Notes: generated by a model from the letters alone, not told the origin. Counted from the first letter of the stretch, positions 38,120 through 52,104 are shown. The stretch is 64,000 bases of DNA from Camelus dromedarius (GCF_036321535.1 NC_087436.1:61692001-61756000), one strand, 5' to 3'. Made by a program: numbers and translations.

Positions 38120-38990
38120 CCATGTCTTGCTTGGACTCTTGTAATAGCCATCTAAGTAGTCTCCTACCCCTGCTCTTGCCTTTTCCAGTCATTCAGCCAC
38201 AGGATATCTAGAGGTGTGTATCTAAAATGCAAATGTAAGCATGTTACCCCCTTGCTCAAAACCTTTCAAGAACTTTCCAGTATCTATGATAGTGAACTAC
38301 ATAAGCTACAAGTTTGGATTCTCCTGGAATGTCTTTAAAAGTGCAGAATACTGGGCCCTACTTCACACATACAGACTGAGAATTTCTAGTGGGGCTGGGA
38401 AATCTCTGGTGGGATTTGAAAATTTGCATTTGAGCAAGAATCCTGGAAAATTCTAATGCTTGGCAAAGTTTAAGAATCACTAGTACTAAAGACAGCTAAA
38501 AAAAGTTCTTAAATATGATTGCATTGCTTATACTTCTGCTATTATTATGGACTCTGTTCAAGCCATGCTTGATTACTTGTATTTTCCTATTTATTTTATG
38601 TCTTCATGCTTTTGCACAAGTTACACCTTCTTTCTTGAATGCCCATTCTTATCTTTTTAACTGGCTAATTTCTTCTTGTTCTTTAAGAAGCAATAGGAAC
38701 AATTCTTCATCTGGGAAGCCTTCCTTGACCTCCCACCTCCCACAGAAAACTATTCTCACCCCTCTTGGTGCTCCTATCACACTTAATAAATACTGTCATT
38801 ACAGTGAGAAAAGGTTCAAGTTAAAGTTAGTGGGCAGCTGTGAGTATTGTGACTGAAAACGGGGCATGAACTAACGCACCTGACTGTGACTGTGGGGGTG
38901 GTAGTTATATTTTATCCATTTTCTATATCAGCATTCATTATAATGGTTATCATGTGGAAGGCATTCGGTAAGTTTTGGAATAATATATTT
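38120..38990 (+). mobile_element. L2 fragment interrupted by MER5
   Basis: TCTAAAATGCAAAT..CATGTTACCCCTTGCTCAAAACCTTTCA; TGCTTTTGCACAAG..; TCTGGGAAGCCTTCCTTGACC. Confidence 0.7.
38290..38484. mobile_element. MER5 (hAT-Charlie MITE)
   Basis: TGCAGAATACTGGGCCCTAC..., TTTGCATTTGAGCAAG..ATTCTAATGC..AAAGTTTAAGAATCACTA. Confidence 0.75.
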
Positions 38991-40544
38991 TAAAAAATGT
39001 GTAATAAGAAAAAGATAGGACTTTTTCTGTTTCCTAGAGCTTAGTAATTGAAGTCAGTCCAAAGTTGAAGAAAAAGTTACTAAATGCATTCCGTTCTCAA
39101 GATAGCTACCCAAAATTTTTGCTGTATTTCTCCTGCCAGGCCTTACTAAGTGCCAGTGGGATCGATCTTTCTTTTACCATTGATGACCTCAACCTTACTT
39201 TCAGCCCAATATATCTAAGACGTATAGAGAGGCAAGAGATAAAGGAAGTGTTATCAGCATTATGGGCCTCATGGGAAGCGAATTGTGGATGATGTGAAGC
39301 CTTTACACAATAAGTACTATATGTAGGCACTCTGCCACCAATTCAAATGATGAGGACACTCTAAGAGAATCACTCGCATACCTATACTTACATACTATAC
39401 CACAGTACACGAGTCTGGTGTTTTTTCTCTCAATTGAATATACACCTGGGCAGTGGATTTCTGACTGTCCTTCTGGGAAAGAATTGGAGAGAGAGAGCAG
39501 GGCACCCTGGGGTGGGTGTAAAGCTTTGTGCATGCACACTGGATGTGTGAATTTCTTCTGTGTCTAGTGCACAGTGGGAAAGGTAACTGATTTTTCTGGG
39601 TTGTGGGAGCCAACCCAGAAAGGCTAATGGCCAGGGAAGATGCCTTTACATGAGGTGAACAACTTGAGTTGGAACCTGGGAGGATCATGGTGAAAGAGAA
39701 AGAACTTGAACTCCCATACCCAGGAACTGTGGAGTGGAAAAACCTGTGAGGGTGGTGGTACTCTGAGACAGGTGTGCCTTATGAGGGAGGCACACTTGAC
39801 AAGCAGAAGCCACCAGTCGTTGTTCAAAAAAGCAGCAATAGGCACTACCGAAAGGATTTTGGCTATACCATTAAGTACACTGATGTTCACTATTTCCCTT
39901 TCTCCTTAGCCTCCTTATTAAGTAGCTACTCCCTAGAAGAGGGAAGAGAAGAACACAGCTCCTTTCCAATTAATATTCCTGAAGCCACAATTATAGCCAA
40001 CAATGGGGATGAGCAAAGCTTTAAATGGATTATTATGTGGAATTTTAAACAGTGTTGAACTCTATAGTCAACATGTCCAGAGGGCTGTAGAAACCCCGTA
40101 AGATGGTCATGAAGGAATCTGCTTCCCAGTAGGGAACTGCAGTTCAACAAGAGTATTTTGGAAAGCAGTGATTAAAGAAAAATAAACCATTCTGTGTTTT
40201 TATACCATCAAGTTGATTTAAAGAAATCCAGTTTACTTGAATGAAAATAATGAGCAGTAGAAGATAAGAGGCATTCACCAATGGCTAGTTATATCCCAGT
40301 GATATCATTTCACTTTCTAAAAGTTTTTATAGAGGTTTGGAAATACCCATATCCAGTTAAGATGAACAAGGAAGCCTCAGGATTAAGACAGTAGAAAAAG
40401 GAACTTGTGGTTTGTACATGTATCGAAAGGAATAAAAGTGTAAATCAGAGTAGGGTGAAGTTTATGTTGAGTTTAGAAAAGAAAAAAAAAAACAAACAAA
40501 CTCCTTCATCAGTTTTTACTTGATGTTCTGCATTCAGAAGAGGC

Positions 40545-40810
40545 ACTGCATTGAAGTGGGGAGGTTAAGCATATCACAGGGAGTAGGACGTCTCTGGGTT
40601 GAACTTTGAAGTCCGACAGGCCTGACTATGCATCTGGACTCTACTCCCTAAAGCAATGAGATGTTCTCTGGACTTCAGATTTGTTCCTAGTAAGTAAAAA
40701 CAACCTCATTACCCACTTTGAATGCAAATATTATTGTGCAAATAAGTGAAATTATATACACACATAATATGATAGCTGACACAGAGTAAACCCTAGCAAA
40801 CATGAATTTC
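40545..40810 (+). mobile_element. MIR SINE
   Basis: ACTTTGAAGTCCGACAGGCCTG..CTCTGGACTTCAG... Confidence 0.55.
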
Positions 40811-42124
40811 TTCTTTTCTGGAGACTTGTATTCCACTGCTAGAGAAGGTAGTAGTTCCTCACATTCTTCTAATAGATGAAACCTCTTTTAAAAATATCCA
40901 ACTTTAACTCCAGTTCAACCACCATCAAGCTACTTTTACATAATAAATTCTATCTTCCGGATGCTTTGATTCTAATGATGGGTGATTTGGATGGAGATGC
41001 CAGTGTAGATAGGTTTATGAAACCCATAGCTCCATTCTGTGTTAGTGAATCATTTTTCTCTTGTGTGTTTGGTTACTCACATCCTGACTTGATTCCTCAA
41101 AGCCTGATCTGTTCTTGGTGACGTGATCAAATTAGGATTCTGGATTAGCAAAACTAAAGGCTAGCCCTTGGAAAGTGGTGACCACACGAAGGTATGACTT
41201 CCCATTTTCTAAGGACCAACTAATCTTCATGTGTCAGATTGTTGTTACCTCTCTTTTGAATTGCTCTGCGGAACCACATTATGATCTTAAGAATAGACAG
41301 TTTTGGAAACAGCAAATCTAGACTGTTTCATGAAACTGCAGCTATAATATAGGTGTGCACAAAATGGCAAACTCATCAGGCAGGATAGTTAGGCAGATTA
41401 AACAGCAGGTACACTCTTCTCCTCAGGGCAGAAAATGACATGAAACTGCAAGCAGGCATTAAGGAAAAGGGTTCACAGTGGTAAAAAATTGTTAGCCACC
41501 TGCCAGTTCAACACAACAGCAGGTGCACATGTTAAATGTTCATGAAATCAGAATGATTTTTTAAAGCTTTTGTATGGTTATAATGCCACTTTTCACCCTT
41601 TGAAAAAAAGACAGTGCTGAGGTGTGTTACATGTTTTAAGTCTTTGTCTTGAGAATAAATGATAATTTATTTCTTAAATTGAAGAAAAAAATATAAAAAC
41701 AATTCTGAATAAATCCACGGACATGCATTTTTACTATGAATTTTCAAAATTTAACCTTTCCCTCCATTGTAACATTTCAAAAATTTTAAGAATCCTTTGG
41801 TTAACTCTGCCACTAATTTTGATTTATTGTATAAAAGGAATTACTTTTACACAAATTGCTGCTTGATAGTATGCCTTGTGGTTTCTTGATGGCATGGTAT
41901 ATTATAAATTCTACCTGCAAAACTAATCTTTCTGAAATACTCCCTGGAATTATGTGTTGAGCCTTTGTCTGATTGGACTTTGCATCCGTGTCAGAAATTA
42001 TGATATCTGACACATAAACACTCAATAAATATTTTTTCAATCAATTCATAAATTATACTGATTAATAGATTTTAGAACATGTCTTGAGGAGGATAAAACA
42101 ATTTAAATTAAAAAAAAGTTCATA

Positions 42125-42245
42125 AAATTATAGATGTTTAGTGTTAAAAAAGATATCAAAGGCTATCTATTTCATCTTCTTCATTTTATAAAACAGGAAA
42201 CTGAGGGCCAAAACAGTGAAATGACTTGTAATTACCAGCTAATCA
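42125..42245 (-). mobile_element. MIR3/MIR fragment
   Basis: CATTTTATAAAACAGGAAACTGAGGGCCA..AGTGAAATGACTTG. Confidence 0.7.
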
Positions 42246-42561
42246 TTTACAAATCCAAGTATAAAAATAATTTTTTATTTAAACATATAATTTTAAAGCA
42301 TATATTCATCATTATACCAATTCCACTCTTACTTAAAAACTCAAGAAAATAATTTTAACATCTGTAACCCATTTGTAGACGATACAGACATTTTCTGATT
42401 TCCATTGGTGATTTATAATATCAACCCAGGATCCATTTAATCTTAAATGAGTAACACAGTCTAAACTTCTCCTCAGTATTTTCACTAAGATACTGTTTTA
42501 GCATAAATAAACCTTTATATTCACAGCTAATGCAAATAAAATAAGTTTAATATTATAAAAT

Positions 42562-42618
42562 AAAACCTTAAAATATTTACATTCTAGCCCTCTGCAGAAA
42601 AATGTTTGCGGACCTTGC
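42562..42618 (+). mobile_element. MER58 (hAT-Charlie) 3' end
   Basis: AAAATATTTACATTCTAGCCCTCTGCAGAAAAATGTTTGCGGACCTTG. Confidence 0.75.
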
Positions 42619-42864
42619 TCTAAACTTTGAGAAATACACATGTGAGATCTTACGATTTCTCTCCTAGCTTCCAAATAAAGTTTATTTAAAATTAGGATTT
42701 TTTCCCCAAGCTTCTAATGCATTCTTGATCTTTTGAAACCAGGTCAGAACTGGAAAAAAAGGAGGCCAACAATCAAGTGACAGTATTTTAATAATCCAGA
42801 AACAATATATCAGATATAACATAATCTTATTTTAATATCAGGAAAATAAATACATGTATTAATT

Positions 42865-44290
42865 GTTTCACAATTCATTCAGTAAAATATTTCTTTTTGA
42901 GCACCTAATCCATGTTGGGAACTGTTCTAGGGTCTGTATATAGAGGGGTGCCTTTCAGACAGTTTATATTTTCCTGGAGTGGGGTAGTCAATAAGTAGTC
43001 ACATAAGTAAGTTAGCTATGTTTTGAAGGAAACAAAGCAAACTGAAAGCATAGCTAGGAGCTTGTGAAGGATGGGAAAGCACCATTTAAAAAATTGCCAA
43101 CATTTATCAAATGACTACAATGTGCCAGATAATGTTCTTTGCAGTTTAGACCTATTAACTCATTGAATGCTAACAACCACCCGATGGGTAGATACAGTTA
43201 AACCCATTTTCAGATAAGGAGTCTGAGACAAAGAAGAGATCAATAACTGCCTAAGTCACTCAGCTAACTTGTGGTAGAAACAAATATTTGAGTCTTGGAA
43301 GTACAAACTCTGAATTTATCACTCTGTTGAGTGATCAGTGAAGATTTCACTAAGTTTACCTATTGAATGCTAACATAGGTCAAGCCATCAAAATCCTTGT
43401 GGAAGAGAGTTCTAGGCAGAGGGAATAGCAGGTATACAGGATGGAGGGCTGAGATGAACTAGGGCTGTTTGAAGACTAGATAGTGTGGCTATAGTAGGAA
43501 ATGAGAGGGAAAATATTAAGAAATGGTGTGAAACTATATCTCAGCATATAGGCCATGGAAAAGGACTTAGCTTTATTCTACATGTTATGGCTTTAAATCA
43601 GGAAATGGCTTTATTTGACTTATGTTGTGAAAATACCTTTCTGACTGCTCCTGGGAAATGGACTGCAGGAGAACAAGAGTAGCAACAGTAGAAACAAGAT
43701 ATAGACGAGACTGCTGTCTACTCAATATTCCTCCTCTCTTCTTTCTTCTACTAACATAACCCCATTTTTTTTCAGGTTGCTATGCACACTTGTAAAAATT
43801 CTATTTCTCAGCCTTCCTTGCAGCTTGGAATGGTCATGTAATTGCTGTGGCCAGTAAGAGATAAGCTGAAATCTCTCGGTGGGACTTTGGGGTAAAGCTC
43901 TACATATGGAGCTGACTCTGCCAGCAGCTGTTTTTCCTTCTCTTGATATTTCTCCCCCCTCAAAACATAGAGGTAAAGGATGGAGATGCAAGGGCCAAAT
44001 TGCAACTGTAAGGATATGTGGAGGATGGAATCTGCAATGTAAGGATATCTCAGGGAAAGATTAGGTCAGAGACCGAGGATTGTTGCAGAAGACCTGGACC
44101 ACTACATTTCAACTTCTAGTTTAATGACAGGAAAAAAATCAGCTTCACTTTTATCTATGCCACTTTTATTTTCCAATATGCCATCCAATGAATTCCCTAA
44201 ACTGAAAATGGAGGGTTCTCAAAGTAGTCCAAGCAAGAGAAGTTAGTGGTTCAGGCACAGTGGTATTTATGGATATAGTAATTGAATGTA
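42865..44290 (-). mobile_element. L2 LINE interrupted by MIR (~43095-43325) and MLT1 LTR (~43715-44205)
   Basis: ATTCATTCAG..TTGAGCACCTA tail; GAGTTCTAGGCAGAGGGAATAGCAGG; GGCCATGGAAAAGGACTTAGCTTTATTCT; MIR core CCCATTTTCAGATAAGGAG; MLT1 CTATTTCTCAGCCTTCCTTGCAGCTTGG..TGGTCATGT. Confidence 0.75.
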
Positions 44291-45379
44291 ATACTGTCTT
44301 GGAGAATGCACTCCATAAATATTTACTTGAAAGAACAATGAATGAATAAACAAATGAGTGAATTGAATATTTTAATTTGCTAAAAGGATAATTAAGGTAG
44401 TTAAAAGACTATACAACTAAAATTCACCATGGTTGCAATCATGTTAGAATATATATAAAAAATAAAGTAATGTGCAAAAGGGAAAATAGTAATATCTTTC
44501 TAGTTAAAATAAAAAATGTGTAAAAAATTAAATTTAGCTTCTTAAAGGGCCTTTTAATTGTAGGTTCATTTGGAAGGAAAGCAAACTAAATCCATCTAGG
44601 CTACTGTATATAGGCAGCTTCCCAGAGGCAGATCAACATTCAAATCCTGTCAGATGTGGGAAACTGTCTTTTTCTGAACTCGAGGAAGACAAAGTCTCTA
44701 ATCTTTTCCGTTCCAATCCTTACAGCTTTATATATACCACATTTGCCAGATTGAGACTTTTGGTGGGTACATTATGGACTTTTTAATACCTCCTTTTGTG
44801 AAATCAGTGTAATCTGTATCTACTGCCTGCTTTATACATTAGGGGATTCTGTAAACCAAGCAAAGAATTTAATAACAGTGGTAGCTGATGCACTGGATAA
44901 TTTAGAGATGCAATCACCTGACAGTCGATTCTTCAGTGACTCCACTTATCCTGACAGAGGAAAAAGAAAATGCTGAAGTTGTCAGTCCACTTCTATTTTT
45001 TATGGGCAAATTTTGCACTTTTTGGAGCTATGAGATGGAGGTGCATTGCAAGAATGAACTTCACATGCCAATCTGCAAAGTAATCCTTGCTCTCTCTTGT
45101 GATGGGAATAACACTTTTGGTGCATTTTTCACCTGAGGACGGCAAAGATCCTCATTAAAATAGATTTATTAAACCCCCAGAGCCCTCTCTGTCAGCTGTT
45201 ATTTCATCAAGATGGGAAACCTGGGCAAAAAGAAGTATAAGTGACTAAATTATAGTATCACAATTTGACAAACATTATCTGCTTTTTGTCCTGGGTTTAT
45301 AACTGAAGTCAGTACAGCCATGAGGCATATTGGCACTTTAAGCACCAGTGGTGTACAAGGAAGAGGAAAATGCTAGATG

Positions 45380-45596
45380 CAGGATTTCTCAACCCCAACA
45401 CTATTTGACGTTGTGGGCCAGATAATTCTTTATTGTAAGGTGGATCTGGGGGCTGTCCTGTGCATGATAGGATGTTTAACAGCATCCCTGCCCGACTAGT
45501 TGCATCCCCCACTGTGACCACCAAAAACATCTCTGGGCATTGCCAAATGTCTCACAGGGGACAGTATGCTCACTGCCCCTGCATCAAGAACCACTG
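45380..45596 (+). mobile_element. MER20 (hAT-Charlie MITE), full length
   Basis: TIRs CAGGATTTCTCAACC / CAAGAACCACTG; internal GGGCCAGATAATTCTTT..GGGGGCTGTCCTGTGCAT..AGGATGTTTAACAGCATCCCTG. Confidence 0.92.
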
Positions 45597-46469
45597 TAAA
45601 ATGATGTAAGCTAAAGAGCGAACTTAATAGGGAACTTAGAAACACATCTAGGTTCTAGAACTAGCACTTTAGAGGAGGTCCAGCTTCACATATAGGGTGT
45701 ACGAAGGTAAGGTGCAAACACAAGTTTGATTTAAGCAAATGTCGTAATAAAACAGTGAGATGATTCAGAAGAAAACTTCAGATCGCAGGTAGTACTGAAG
45801 CTAATGGAGAAGGCAAGAGTAATTTAAGTTGAGTTACCCATCCATTCACCCAAAGTGAAATAAAGCTGATCAAAGATAGGTAAGCCCTCACTGAGCAGAC
45901 TGGGACATTGGGCTGGGTGAGTGTCAGGCAAGAAACTGAAACCTGGCTAGAGGCATAGTATGAATTCTTTCCCTGTCACTTCTTGGTCATGACAGATGAT
46001 AATTTCTGAGGCTAAGCACACCCCACATAAACTTCCTTGGGAAGTGAGTGGTGCTGAGCCTGGTAGGGAAAGGCATCAATAATGATGGAGAAGGGCAAGA
46101 GAGAGCAGGGGTGATTATTGATCAGAGTTTCACTCCCTTCATAATTACTGATTAGTTGCCAGATACTAATTTATCCCCTGAGTCTGCATTAAATCAACTC
46201 TGAAGCTGTAATTACTGACAGAAGTAGTAATTTTTATATATTTAAATATCATTTAGAATTTTTAAATAGCAACTGTAAGAAGCATTGATCTTTTCATCCA
46301 GTATCTGAAAGAAAGGCTTCCCCTTTGGGGCTGGCAATCCTTTTCACTTTCTGTGATTAACTGTGAGTCTTCTTCCAAAAGTACTAAGAATATTTTCCCA
46401 TAGTTAAATATACTCAAACCAGCTTAGAATTTATATGGGACATGGTCATTTTTACAGTGACCTGTCACT

Positions 46470-49400
46470 CATTAATTCATCTATTCACCCACCCATCCAT
46501 CCATCCATCCATCCATCCATCGAAACAGTTCAACTACAGATATTTTTGAGCACTTTTTGGTGTTAGGCACACATCAGAATATGGGGCATGCACATGTAAA
46601 TAAGTGTGGTACCCAACCTCAAGTAGATCACAGAATCTTAGGATATGATACTTAGGTAATTCTGGCAATATTGATTTATGCCACTTGCAGCACATTACAG
46701 GCAACCATGACAAAGATAGTTAAAATTTATTTCAGTTAAAATTTAAAGAATCACTGCTATTTCACTGGGTGAAAACATGGATTTTAGGACATAACAGTCA
46801 GGCCCAGCAGGGAATACAGAGGTGTGAAAGAATGTCATGGTGAGTAAAAAGGAACACGATTGACCAAAGCAGTTGGAGCTAAGCCTAGAAAATGGGCAGG
46901 GGCAAGTTTGTGAATATTCTTGTTCAGCATGCTAAGGGATATCGATTTTAACTTTTTAGCAGAGAACTTTTACAGCAATAGTGTAACTTGACCAGGTTCA
47001 TGTAGAAAGATCATTCTGAAGGCAATGCGGAAGATTCATTAGACTTGAAACAGATCGGTAGCATTGGGACCAAGAAAGACTGATTAGCTGGCTTTTGCAA
47101 TAGTGAATGTGACAAATGATGATGACCTGAACTGAAGCAGTGACAATGGGATGGAGATAAGAGAATTAGTCTGAGATATGTTTAGGTGGTGGGAGTAAGT
47201 TGATTTGGTAATTGGATTGGTTTTATATAAAAATGTTAGAAACTGATGAATCAAGTACCAGTGTTCACTGATTCTGCCTTTAGGTCAACATGGTCTACCC
47301 CTGAATAGTTTGGCAGTCAGTATCAACCACAAACCATGGACATTCCCATACTATTATAAACTATCACTCAGGAATTTTCTGGGTAATTTTTCCAGGTGTG
47401 TTTTATTTTATTTTATTTTCTTAGCTTTGACTTAGGGTATTCATTTGAACCTAGGCTCACCTTTATTTTCCTCTTGAATGCCTGGAGACAGTACTGCTAA
47501 TCTCTCCCTAGTTGCTTGGACTCACACTCTAACATGGATAGACATTATCTACTTAGAGAGTTATGTCAAGTGTTTATATTGGATACTGGATTAATGGAGA
47601 TCCTTTAATTTAGAAGAGAATGTCCATTTGTAGATATCTAGATATGTAGATATTTATCTGGTAGCTCAAGCATCAGTACAGGGCAAAATGCAAATATGAA
47701 TATTCTCAAATTTTATTTGGCCATTGATTTCATGAGCATGAATATGACCTTGAGAGGGAAATGTCTACAGTAAGAGAAAACCAAAGAAGATCAAAGAAAT
47801 TAGGAAACAAAGTATTTCAAGGCTGTGTAAAGATGTGGGATAATATGAAGGGAAAAGAGGGAATTGTTAATAGAGTTAGGAAGAGAATGATATTCTGAGA
47901 TCAAGAGGGGAAAAAAATTCTTAAGAAGACGACAGTGGCAAATACTTCTGAGAGATAAAGCAAAATAATGAATTTTAAATGCTCACTAGATTCTGAACTT
48001 ATGAAGGGCCTAGCTATAATATAAAAATTTATTTTATTAAATAATGAAGGCAGAAGTTATCTCTGTGGGTTAAGAAGGGATTGGGAAGTGAGAAAATGAA
48101 AAAAATAAATACAGTCTGTTCTTTCAAGGACTTGGGCAGTAAGCTGAATTACAGAGCAAGGATTATGTTCTGGGAGAAACATATGACCAAGAAAATATCT
48201 TTAAATAGAAAATAATAAATATGTTCAATATGCTGAGAAGAAAAGTACAAACTCCAACAAAAAGAGGGTATCATCAATAAAGTAGGGTCCCCAATGGAAC
48301 AGGAGGGGAATGAGATAATTAACATGGATGGAGCTGTCTGTCTTGGCGGTGAGGTGAGACATCTCTTTTGAGACATAAAGAAGAGGAATAGGTATGGGGG
48401 AAATAGTAGGTTGGTAGATAGTAGATAGATGAGTTTGAATGTGGTAGGAGAGAAGTTGATGTAGTTTATGTTTCATAGCCTATTAGAATCTCAGAGGAGG
48501 AGGATGCGAGATAATTTGCTGGGACTGAGAATAGCAGACTGAGATGGAGTTGTACACATATAATAAGGACTTAGAATAACCAAAAGAAGGGGCACTAAAG
48601 GGAACAGCCTATAGAGAGCTGTAAAAGGAATTTCAAACTTTACTGCAGTTGTTTAATTGAGGCCAGATATGGTATTTTCACATCACAGTTTAATAGCATA
48701 GTTGTAGAAGTGTACATGTTAGTTGGCTAGGTCTTGGGGTAGGAATTCTTCATAAGGACAAAGAAACGAAAAAAAAGAAGGAGGAATTAATCTTTATTTA
48801 GCTTCTATATCTACTGATCAACTTTACACACATTACCTTATTTAATCATCACAAAATGTTTAGAGGTAGACATTACTTCCATTTTACTGAAGAAGAAACT
48901 AAAGCTGAGAAATCATAGTGCCTTAGAGAAGGTCACAAGTTCTAAATGGCAGAAACAGAATTTTAACCTGCATATGCCTTTATATCTAGCGCTCTTTCAA
49001 CCAAATTATGCTAGGTAAGAATTAGGAATTATTTGAGGTCATTAACCAGTGGGTCTGGATGAAACATAGACAGGGATTTTGAAGGTATAGATTAGGGTCA
49101 AGAGAAATGGTAATTAAAAATTATTGAGTAATTGGTGCATTTGGAGCATATCCTTAGTGGATGTAAAAGAAGAGACGGCTATAGCCAGAAAGTGAAAATC
49201 AGAAGGTCAAGATTTCAAATGTAAAAAATGTCCAAGAGATAGAGAATCCTATTGTGGGGTCCTAAGAGTCTTTCCTTACCTTAAAGGTGAATTGTTCTGA
49301 GTTCTGTAGTTAAGGAACAGTGATATTGGGACACTGATTAAGTTAACCAGATAATCATGTGAAATTGAAATGGTCCTAAGGACTTAGGTTGGCAAAGAAG
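46470..49400 (-). mobile_element. long fragmented L2 LINE with (CCAT)7 tail at 46493-46520 and a MIR at ~48785-49010
   Basis: ATTTTTGAGCAC tail; GAAAGATCATTCTG; GATGATGACCTGAACTGAAGCAGTGACAATGGGATGGAGA; TTCTTTCAAGGACTTGG; purine-rich + strand typical of antisense L2. The distal boundary is uncertain. Confidence 0.7.
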
Positions 49401-50824
49401 AGGATTGACCTCATCATTGAGGTACCAGAAAGATAAGGGTAAAAATTCTCACTTTGCCACTTTTAAATGTCACCTTTGGAAACTTGAAATCTTCTCTAAG
49501 TATTGAGAGACAAGAACCTCAAGAACAGATGGAGAAGGAGGATTTTATTTTATGATTTGTTTTTAACCAGCCTTTCAATCAAATTTCTACTCCCAGTAAA
49601 TCTTTCATTAAACCCATAAAATTATACTTTTTTGGTAATATTTTAATAACTTCTGTCTATACCTGGGAACTTTTTTTTTTCTTTTCAGCATTAATAAGTG
49701 ATTTATAAATCTCTTTAGTTCACTTTGGGTAACAGTGATTAAAGCAGGATGGCTTACTTCAGTAGAAAATGGGAGTCTCCTTGCTCTGTTGTCTTGCCCC
49801 TCCTCATTTATTTTGAAGTACAGAATAATGGAATTGATTAATCCTGCTCAATTTGTAGTGCTGCTTTATTAACCAAAACTGCTTTTTAAAGTCTATTTAT
49901 AATTATCTCTCAACAAACCATAGATAAATGGTTTTACTACAGGGGATTTATGCGAAGTCAGATTATTGGGAAGGAATAAAATCTCTGCTTTTAATTACAG
50001 CACTTCCTATTACTATTAGGAAAGAAGATGATTTCTCCAGTGGGTGCTAAGGATATGAAAAGCATTTTTATTCTTTATCACAATCAGAAAAGAAAAAAGC
50101 TAAAACCAATCATAAAAGTCCGTAAGTGACCCTAAACAGCTTCCTGTGGGGAAGAATAAGCCCGAAAACCACAGATCAGTTAGATACCTCCCACTGTGTG
50201 CTACACTTTCAGTGCCATCATACGTAGCTTTAATGTAGTTATTTTTTCATCATCATCCCCTGTTAGTGTCTTCTGGGTGTCAACTCTGGCCAGAAGAACT
50301 AATACTACAGCTAATAATGTAAAATAGGATATTACCATTTCATTTGGTAAATGTCACTTATAATGGGAGCAAAGTTTTATCTTTTACAATCAGAGAACAC
50401 ATTAACAGCATCTTTCCTTAGGCAAAGAGGATGCTCTTAATCTCTCCTCTATTAATAATTCTCATGTATGCCCTACAGGTTCATTTTGTGCTTTGAATTT
50501 ACTCTTTTTTTTTTTTTTTAACTTATTCTAATTCAATGTATTTTCTAAAGGTGCTATAATGTACCATTTATGTCACTATCCTTGAAAATACCGCTTCTTC
50601 ATATTTTGTTTAGATTTCTTTTGTGTTGCTAATGACTAGATGATATGGAAAGGAAGCAAGTTGGTAGATTAATGAGCATAAGGACACATTTGGAGACTTA
50701 AAATTTTGTTCCTGTATTATTGCAAAAGGCGGGAAGGATAAAAATCAGCATGTTGGATTGATAAATATATAAAATAAAATTTACTTCAAACCTGTGTAAC
50801 CATTGTTAAATACTTTCAAGTATG

Positions 50825-50898
50825 GAAGGGAACAATGTGAACAATTAAGCCAGGACAACAGAATTAATCCTAGGTAAACCAAATGCATGGTCACCCTT
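50825..50898 (-). mobile_element. MER81/MER94 (hAT-Blackjack) fragment
   Basis: AATTAAGCCAGGACAACAG..GGTAAACCA..ATGGTCACCCT; the Blackjack TIR is AGGGTGACCA. Confidence 0.7.
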
Positions 50899-51849
50899 AT
50901 ACCATTTCAAGCTATTTTATGGTTATTTATGAAGCTTCCTTATCTGGTGGATTCAAAGTTTCCTGAACATGTTGTTATTTCTCTCTGCATACCTTTGTAT
51001 TTTCCCCAGTGATTTGCAGGCAGTACAACTTAAATTAATCTTTTCCCAATAAATGATAAATATTTGAAGTAAGTATTATCATCTTCTACCACAGTGTGAC
51101 CAGTATAGCACGTAGCAACTTCAGCTTCAAATGGGAGAAGTGCTTCTAGTATCCTGCCTCTTTCTTTTATATGATAATAAATACCTCCAGAACTCGTATT
51201 ACCCTCCAGAACTCTGTCCTAATTTTTTATCTTAAACTCACTTAAACATAATATTTTTTATTGTGTTATCTGTAATTAGAAATATGTTCTACTTGGCTTC
51301 CAGTTGTTGAGTGTATGAGGTCCTGTCCCAAATTCACCCAGCTTATACAAGGTCAAATCCTTGGCTATCTCTCTAAAACATTTTCAGTTTCTTCTCTCAG
51401 ATATGACTGATTCAATTTACAGAGCAGGTACAAGTTAAGAAGTACTTATTTTTCAGTTACATTTGGACATTTCATGGAATTCTAGAACTTTAGAAGGAAA
51501 AAAAATCACTTAAATATTACTTAACTAGCTCACTCTTGGATGCTAAGATCCTGATAATTAAAACTACTTATCCTAAGCCAAACAGTGTTGAAACAGAGAT
51601 CTATATTAATAAATCATGTATATTTATATTTTAAATCTATATATGTAGATTGTAAACATTTCTTATTTAAAAAAAGAGACTCTTTTCAGATAGTATATCC
51701 CCTGCAATCATCAAAAGCTTGACTATAGCAGTTTAACCAAATAAAAGCTTATGTTTCTTAGATAAATAAAAGTCTAAGGACAAGTGATACAGTGATGATA
51801 TGGGAGCCTTAAAAATCAACATTTTAAGCTCCTACTGTCTTTTCACCCC

Positions 51850-52085
51850 ATCGTCCAAAGCCTGTCATTTAACTCTCCTGATTGTCTCATAATCTCAAAG
51901 AAGCTACCCAATTTACAGATTTCCACCCAATTTTCAGACAGGAAGAAGAAGGAAGGAATAAGAAGGAAGGACACTAATACGTTTGGAAGGTGAAACATTC
52001 CCAGAAATCTCTGGGAGGCTTCTACTTGAAGCTCATTGGCCACCCATGGCTATAAGAAAGCTGGGACATGTGGGCTATTTCATAT
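51850..52085 (-). mobile_element. MLT1 LTR fragment
   Basis: TTCCCAGAA..CTTCTACTT..CTCATTGGCCA..AAGCTGGGACATGTGG. Confidence 0.55.
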
Positions 52086-52104
52086 AGATGTGTGTTTATG
52101 TATA

